Source: Octopus vulgaris (Eukaryota). From it: a DNA stretch of 64,000 nucleotides. Shown one piece after another: positions 54,454 to 64,000 of this stretch. Where the stretch lies: assembly GCA_951406725.2 (NCBI GenBank), contig OX597822.1:111724001-111788000 (forward strand), read 5' to 3'. Position 1 is the stretch's first letter. Every line of letters begins with the position of its first letter. The notes under the pieces were generated by a model. The model did no database searches. It saw only the letters and a list, made by a program, of their open reading frames with translations, and was not told the origin of the DNA. A program made the translations under genes and the position numbers.

Positions 54454-56741
54454 ATAAATCATATAAATATATATATAATACGTATATGGAAGCCGATAAG
54501 GAATCTGAATATTGTTCGTATATTTTTTTGTTGTAAGTATGCCATGACAAGATGTGAATAAGTTGGGAAAGCTGTTATTACCGTACCGGTCGTAGATTTC
54601 CCTTTAACTTTTGCTGTTAAAGTAAAATTAGATATTTAGGAGGATGGACTTTTGTAAAGTATTCAATATTTTTATACATACGGGAATATTGTACATCTTT
54701 CAAGTTAGAATTAAATTATTTCTATTACATTTACATATGGAACCTCAGTTGAGGTTGATTCTGTCAGAGAATTTCGAAAAGTTAACATGTGAAATCAATA
54801 CAATTGACAGGTAGTTCAGTTGATTGAACTTCTAGATAAGCACACCTGAACGGCATGGTGATCCGTTATTAATATGGAAGTATTGTAGCATGCTCACAGA
54901 GGAAAGTTTACACGACGAAAATGGCGGTGCTTCTATGATTTCGTACACATTCGTAGAACATATGTGATATTGGGAATAGCATCTGAAATATATGAACATT
55001 TTACAATGCTGATGTGAACGTTCGCTAAAATATTTGAGCAATACTGATGCGGCATTAACCGAAAAATATGAAGTGCTGTCATTAAATGAAAGCAAAGAGA
55101 AAATTATTCTGCATTATTCTACATTATTATTTCTTGAATGATAGTATGATACTTCGGAAAAACATTTGCGAGTTCAAATAGAAGAAATAAATAAGGAAAG
55201 CGTTCGGGAAAATGGTTTGTTATTGCCCCGGACATATTAGCGACCTTCTCCTTGTTTTCACTCAATGACATCGCATTTCATAATTTGTTTAACGTCTCAA
55301 CTGCATTGATAAAAGGATTTTTCATATTTCAATGGTTTTAGCAAAATATCCTTGCCTAGAATATAAAATATTCTATAAAATATCCTTGCCTAGAAATATG
55401 TGGATTATTTAGGTAATAATTACAATTCTGCCTTTTTTTTTATTTAATTCCAGTAGTTGACCTCTCTTACTGCGGGGTGTTGTAAAGTTGACGTATATCA
55501 CGTGTCTGACGGGATTTCATAACATTATACGTATTTGAACACTGTACTATCACATGTCATAGAAGTATATCATGTAATTCTTAATGCTTATAATATAAAT
55601 TTATATTTTTGCTAGAAAATACATACGACTAAAAAAATAATTATATATTGTAAACTATGATTAAATCATTGTTAACTCCTACATTTGAAGAACTCTTTTT
55701 CGTTTAGAATAAAGCACAATAGGAAATTTTAGCAATAATTTATATATGGGTATCAGACAATAAACATTTGCATGAAATGTTAGCAAAGTAGAAGCAAAAG
55801 CAACATCGTGTGTTCTAACAATGAAATACATTTCTATGCATGACAAGAAGAAAAAAAGGCATTTGTTATGAGAACATTATATATTAATCTCAACGTTTAG
55901 CTATATTATGTATTGGGAGATAGGATTCCTTTCAACATGTGTGATAATTTTATGTCTTACTATTCTGTCATTGACACCATACAAGTATTCACTCGGAGGA
56001 ATGTGTTCGTGAATTAGTTCCGTTTGAAGATGCAGAGAAAAGCAGATTACTAAGAAGTTGCGGTTAATAAAAAGTTGCGCAGCGTGTTTTACGATAGTAT
56101 GAAAGGGGACAAATCTGCAGGGAAACATAAATGAAAGATGCATATCAACATTAATATAGCATTCTATACACGGTGAACATGTAATACTTCAAAGATGACA
56201 GATGAAAAATATAGAGAGTGCAGAAACTATTTTCGTACGTCACACCATAAGAGGATGACACTAGATTTATACAGAAATATTGTGTCGTAGAAGAAAGAGG
56301 CGTCGCTTATTGAATACGAAACTACAGTGTTTGAAACTGTGAAAACGAGACGAAGGCAAGCGTATACATAAACGTGATTATCGATACCATATATTAATTT
56401 GTTGCATTATATTTACTTTCTTGATAACGTAGTTAATTACAGGAGACCAATAAATTGGAATATGTTTCTGAAATGATGTATTATATGTAACAATTGCTGT
56501 AAAATAATAGGGGTTTAATATGGATTCAAGAAGCAAACAAATTCCAGCGTATGTGCACGCAATTAAGTTATGTTTTAAAATAACTATTATGTATGTTGTA
56601 CGTAATTGCTGAGAAATTCATTGATTCATATATTCTTGCATACACAATCATAAAAGTCGGATGTATATATATATATATAATAATAATAATATTAGGGAGT
56701 ATATTGAGTTGCAAAATAGTGATTTTATCTTTAATTCATAT

Positions 56742-56798
<57 letters not shown>

Positions 56799-56800
<2 letters not shown>

Positions 56801-56975
56801 AGGCGCAATGGCCCAGTGGTTAGGGCAGCGGACTCGCGGTCGTAGGATCGCGGTTTCGATTCCCAGACCGGGCATTGTGAGTGTTTATTGAGCGAAAACA
56901 CCTGAAAGTTCCACGAGACTCCGGCAGGGGGTGGTGATCCCTGCTGTACTCTTTCACCACTCTTTCTTCCACTCT
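56799..56975 (+). mobile_element. SINE family B, 5' half
   Basis: GGAGGCGCAATGGCCCAGTGGTTAGG head following (TG)n. Confidence 0.88.
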
Positions 56976-57234
56976 TTCATTCGAAGGCTAAAACAATGCG
57001 AACGCATTGTGACCAGCGATGTGTAACTACATCTGATGGACTGGTCGTAAAGATGAAAAGATAAAGATATATATATATATGTATGTATGTATGTTTATGT
57101 ATTATGTGTATGTGTGAGTGTGTGTTTGTGTGCGTCTGCGTGCATATCTCTATGCATGTGAGTAAAGCTCTGTATCACTGGAGACTAATATTATAATATT
57201 AATACCTGTTCAAACTGTTACTCTTCAATTAGCA

Positions 57235-57854
57235 CGGGGTCGGCTAAAGCCAAAGCTTCATGAGTGGATTTGGCAAATGGAGATCGTATATGTGCAGGTA
57301 TGTATGCTTGTATGCATGCATGTATGTATGTATGTATGTATGTATGTATGTATTTATGTATGTATGTATTTATGTATGTATGTATGTATGTATGGATGGA
57401 TGGATGTTTGTATGCATGTATGTATGTATGTATGTATGTATGTTTGTATGCATGTATGTATGTATGTATGTATGTATGTATGTATGTATGTATGTATGTA
57501 TGTATGTATGTATGTATGTATGTATGTATTTATGTATGTATGTATGTTTGTATGCATGTATGTATGTATGTTTGTATGTATGTTTGTATGCATGCATGTA
57601 TGTATGTATTTATGTATGTATGTATGTTTGTATGCATGTATGTATGTATGTTTGTATGTATGTATGTATGTGCGAATGTGTGTTCATATGGAGATAGTAA
57701 TATTGTCTCCATGTTTTGATATTCTTTGATAGATGAGTGTTTTTTTACCTCCTATAAAAACGTGCTTGGCCACATTCAAAATGTTTCTTTACTTGGAAAC
57801 AGATGAAGTTTGGTGATATGCCTGGTATCTGTATATAAAACAAAGAAATAACCG
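57235..57854 (+). repeat. Segment A-(TATG)n-B, duplicated in inverted and permuted form at 58725-59500
   Basis: A = 57235-57298, (TATG)n = 57299-57669, B = 57670-57854. Confidence 0.85.
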
Positions 57855-58724
57855 CCTCATCGAATCTCGTATGGCCCATACTAACATGGAGCAGTGGAGG
57901 ATTAAACGATGACGTTGATGACATTGATGAGGATGATAGTGATGACATTTATGATGCTCATCTGTGTATGTATGTTTGTGTATAGGTATAACACATTTAG
58001 AGAAGCAATGAATACCTTAATAACATACGAGGGTTGCACCGCAAGTAATTTAGACGCGATGAAACACATATATATATACATAATTTATTATGTCGATGCT
58101 TTCCTCATTACAGATGTACTAACACACATACAGGGAAATATCCTATGACGCTGGTCAATAAACCACAATTAACTTAATGGTTCTAAGTCTGGATTATAGA
58201 AAAACTTTACAATGAAGCTAATATCATTAAGCAGGCGATGGTATTATTGTTTTGTTTGTTATGAAAATAGTTCTTTCAGTCTTAAGGCATATAATATTAT
58301 TGAATCTATGGTCCCGGCAAGCATTTACTATATTTCAATAAATAGTTAATCAAACGCATTAAATGGAGTCTTTCCCCGAAAAATAATAGATTGAACATTT
58401 ATACGTGCTCTAAATTCGAAATAAAAAATAAGTACGAATTACGCTGGAAATGACAGAAATCTTTTCTTTGTTTTCAATAATTCATTTTCTTTAATGCCAG
58501 ACATGACAGTTCTTAGCTGCTCCAAATATAAGCAAGCAGCCAGATGCGCATCAATTTCATTTGCTTATTAAACAATGCTTGGAGAACCTGTGCGTTGGCA
58601 AAATCTGCTTCGCATTATTCTTTGCAACAGTACGCCAACAAAATCTCTAACAACCTATACAAGAACTTCTATGTTCATAAGATGAAACTAATATTTTAAA
58701 TAAAATTTTAATATATATATTAAA

Positions 58725-58864
58725 TACATACATACATACATGCATGCATGCATACATACATACATACATACATACATACATACATACATACACACATTCA
58801 TATATACATACATACATACATATATACATACATACATACATACATACATACATACATACATACA

Positions 58865-58897
<33 letters not shown>

Positions 58898-59469
58898 GCA
58901 TACAAACATACATACATACATACATACATAAATACATACATACATACATGCATGCATACAAACATACATGCATGCATACAAACATACATACATACATACA
59001 TACATACATACATACATACATGCATACAAACATACATACATACATGCATACAAACATACATACATACATACAAACATACATACATACATACATACATACA
59101 AACATACATACATACATACATACATACATACATACATACATACATACATACATACCTGCACATATACGATCTCCATTTGCCAAATCCACTCATGAAGCTT
59201 TGGCTTTAGCCGACCCCGGTTATTTTTTAGTTTTATATACAGATACCAGACATATCACCAAACTTCATCTGTTTCCAAGTAAAGAAACATTTGAATGTGG
59301 CCAAGCACGTTTTTATAGGAGGTAAGAAAACACTCATCTATCAAAGAATATCAAAACATGGAGACAATATTACTATCTCCATATGAACACACATTCGCAC
59401 ATACATACATACATACATACATACATACATACATACATACATACATACATACATACATACATACATACA

Positions 59470-59500
<31 letters not shown>
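58725..59500 (-). repeat. Inverted, circularly permuted copy (TATG)n-B-A-(TATG)n
   Basis: 59155-59218 is the reverse complement of A; 59217-59400 is the reverse complement of B. Confidence 0.85.
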
Positions 59501-60173
59501 GTGTGTATATTTATGTGCGTATATATTTCTTATAAAATTAAAGATTCATTTTATCTCCAGCACTGATGCTTATGCAACCAAGGGTTATAATATTCTTACA
59601 ATTCTAACCGAGAGTAAAAGCAGGACAAGAAATAGGACCTTGACATAGTTCCCAAGAATTGGAGCGGCGTATGCAAAGAGAAATACTTGTAATTTAAAAT
59701 GGGCGATTTTGCTAAACGCAAAAATTTGAAAAAGAGGAAAAGGTGGTAGTTTCCCATATACTTGACTTGAAACGGGATAAGGAAAAAGTGCACGACGGAT
59801 TTGATTCTAGAAAGACTCTCAAACTTTAATATTTTATTCTTATAAAAAGAAGTTTAAATACGAAGGTTACAACTGAAGACTCATGCCTAAACTCATAATA
59901 TGCGTTTGGTAATGTAGAAATAAACTATGAAATATTTGTCATCCCCCTTTAAAATAGCCACGTGAACAAAAAATACAGCATGTTTCATTCGGAATATGAA
60001 TATTTTATATGTACACACACACACTCACAAACACTGACACACGCTCACATACACATGTATATATATGCATGTATAACAATGTATATTTATGTGCGTATAT
60101 ATTTCTATATATGTGTGTGTGTGTTTGTGTGTGTGTGTATGCATGTATTTATGTATATGCAGCTATCTATCAG

Positions 60174-60223
<50 letters not shown>

Positions 60224-60257
60224 ATTCTATCTATCTATCTGCCAGTTTGTCTATCTG

Positions 60258-60328
<71 letters not shown>

Positions 60329-61847
60329 ATATATATATATTCACACATCCATATCTTATATACGTATACACAATGAAATACACATACTTACACAAATACA
60401 CACACAAACTCAAACATATATGTACATAATCTCACATATATATACATACAGCTTGTATGCTGTTTGTCGAGCGACATAGTAATAAGTTAAAGAGTGTCCA
60501 GCTGTTCTTATCTTTTTAAATCTCCCGAAGTCACACCACAGTCGTATTAAATTAATAACACTGTGATAAACAACTTGAGTAAAAAACACAGGTACAAACG
60601 TCGAGTAAAGTACCTACCTGTAGATAATTGCCACAGCAGTATTGGAGATAGCAGTGACACAATGTCCACTGCATCAACTAGGAGGTCTATAATGTACGAA
60701 GAACAGGTTTCTCGGCTTACCACAAGTCATGCATACGATAGTGCTTCTAGTGCTCCAGCCAGGCTTTGTGAATGGAACATCCAACCAGAGCAAAGCAAAT
60801 GTGTTCAAATGTGACAATTTGATGGTAGCAATCAGTGTCCATAATAAGGGAAACCATAAACCATCTCCAGCGGAAACGGTAGCTTTTCAACAAGTACAGA
60901 AACTCCTGAAGATCTTTCGAGATTTGAGTCCGAAAACCGAAATCAATATCGGCAGCTGGTCGAAATTCGAGACAATGGAACAGATAGCTGTAGTAGCTTA
61001 TCATATGGTGAAGACATTGAAATGGAGAAAGAATTGGTTGAAGCTAAAAAAGGAAGATGAGGCCGACCATAATCTAAGGCTGAATAAGCAGCTGAATCGA
61101 GTTCATGTCATGTTGAAGAATTATGCAGCAAATGAAAATACCAAAATCCAGTGCTAGTAAATGGAACGAACCATAATAATTCATCTTAAAGAGTGATTAT
61201 AATCTTCCTAATGGCTTCCATATTCCACAGAATGGTTTTAAGCCACAATGTAAATATATGTACATATTCTGAAAAGACAGTCACAACTACATATGTATTT
61301 GTTGTTATCATCACTTAACTCTCCTTTGTATATGGATGTATATTTATACACTTGTATAACGGCCGTATAACGGTATAAGTACAGATGACATTATACACAC
61401 GTTTTCAACGTTCTGTCACGCCGGACAAAATACTTAAGGGCATTTTAGTGTCCAAATTCTGCCAAGATTTATCATACTACGCGGGGACAATAACCTGAGT
61501 ACCAACAGAGCACTAAGGTCGATATGATCCTCTAGACGGCTGCCCTGAATTTCCAGTCTTCTGTCTATATTAAAAAGGATTATATTCATTCATTTCCGTA
61601 AATTCATGTGATATTACAAAATATATAAAATAAAATTAAAATGTCATGTACTTAACATTTGTACTTGTATACAATTTTCCGCACACACACGCAAACGAAT
61701 ATATATGTTTGTATATATGTATATCGTAGTATTCCTAACAAAAATAGCTAATTAATTCATATATATGTGTGTATACGCGTATGTATATGTATATATATAT
61801 ATATGTATATATATATGTGTATATCTACATGTACATGTATATGTATG

Positions 61848-61939
<92 letters not shown>

Positions 61940-61965
61940 TACATATACATATACATATAAATATA

Positions 61966-62001
61966 TTTTCTGAGGAAGAGCGTAGGCTTGAAACGTTAAA
62001 G
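61966..62001 (+). ncRNA. Minimal hammerhead-like motif in a (TA)n-flanked Penelope-like fragment (61966-62092)
   Basis: UUUU-CUGAGGA-A-GAG(CGUAGG)CUU-GAAA-CG-UU^AAAG; same layout as 16178-16212. Confidence 0.55.
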
Positions 62002-62105
62002 ACTTTTTCACTGCCCGAGTGTTAAACTAATACATCTATTTGTTGTCAAAACCACCTGTCTTCGTCTTTTATTTTTCTTGTGAATTATCCCTATGTATAT
62101 ATATA

Positions 62106-62163
<58 letters not shown>

Positions 62164-62439
62164 CGCGAACAGTTGTTTTCTCTGTAATTTTATTCATGCG
62201 GATCATTCTCCATTAGGAGAAACAGCGGTGAAAATATCCGCACACCATTTACTGTGTGGGTGAGACAAAAGTATATTTAGGAATTCAAAACAAACTGTAA
62301 ACACGTTGCACAGAATTATGAAGGAAACGCAATAAAGGGGAATAAGTTAGAATGTGGCTGTGATTTCAATTTGGCACGGATGGAAAAAGATCTACTTCCT
62401 ACAATACATATATGCAGAAAAACACGTAAATGGGTATAC

Positions 62440-62998
<559 letters not shown>

Positions 62999-64000
62999 TG
63001 ATATAATCTATGTAACTGAAACGGATGTGAGAGGAGGGAAAAGAATGAAATGAAAAGAGAAACTGGTGACGAATGTAATATAGATAAAGCATACGCTTCC
63101 AAAATTTAATGTTTACAAATGTATCTATCGATATCTGTATTTAGCTTCAAATACCCATCACATAGAAGCGCATAGATACACCCATATGGAAATGGGAGAT
63201 GCTAAGTGATGATGACAGTAAATGCATATGTATGAGTGTTTTTCTTTCGTCAATGTATACATGCATTGAAATTTCTGTATTCGAATATCCGAACATTAAA
63301 AAAATGCAAAATGTATTTTATAAATATATATTCATCTGAAGATGAAAGACGTTCTGACAAATGAATTATACAGGAAAATAGTAAATGGCTCACTGGTTTT
63401 ACAAAGATATGTTCTCGTCTTGAGTTTTCTTGTAAGCTTGAACACATGAAAAGTAGAAAATTGACAAGTTAAAACTTGAATGTAGCAAATTTGTACTGAA
63501 ATTCACCGATATTGAAAGTGTCGAAATTAAATTGATGTCTAGCTTACTGAAGTAGAATATGTTTATTGAATAACTGCAGCTTCTGATGCTAAGGAATTGG
63601 ACATTTTTCTAATGTCAGAATTTAAGTTTCTTCAGAAATAGGCCAGACAATAGCTCACGTTCGAATATCTTTCGAAAATAGCAAACTTATCAAATAAAAA
63701 TAGATTTCAGGATCGATTTCTATAATGTTCTATAAATTAAACTTGAAATTTGAATATTTTTCAATGAATCGATTTTATCTCTCCAGCGTTCCATCATTCG
63801 CATATTTGTTCAATTACTTCAATCGTTTATGCCTCATGCTTCTAAAGTGGTTGAGTAAAGTATTTTTAAAAGCATATCTGAACTTTCTGAGAATAGAAAA
63901 TCACTCTCAACTGTGTTGGAACATTTAATTTCTAGGCTGTAACCATGGCAATGAGAAGAAGAAAAAATAAATCGGAGCAAGATAAGTGAAAATTCCTGAT

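Overview
This is an AT-rich, repeat-saturated animal genomic window. The SINE and microsatellite repertoire looks like octopus or another coleoid cephalopod (inferred, not verified). No host protein-coding exon could be supported, and nearly all ORFs in the track are microsatellite or SINE artefacts. The window holds four families of tRNA-type SINEs (one often in concatemers), non-autonomous Helitrons, relics of R4/Dong-, RTE-, CR1-like and L1/Tx1-like LINEs, mariner and hAT relics, foldback MITEs and long microsatellites. The main hidden signal is RNA-structural: about 10 type I hammerhead ribozyme motifs with short palindromic stem III (Penelope-like/retrozyme type). Three lie in a 2.8-copy, 588-bp non-coding tandem array at 163-1813, a candidate large retrozyme that could yield circular RNA. 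Four others sit in short elements carrying an inverted copy of their own 3' end. Several show recurrent core variants (U4->C; C.A at the base of stem II). Other oddities are a circularly permuted inverted duplication (57235-59500), a 5'-inverted R4/Dong-type LINE in a (TAA)n tract, SINE concatemers within single TSDs, and a 1.3-kb phased A4T4 array.
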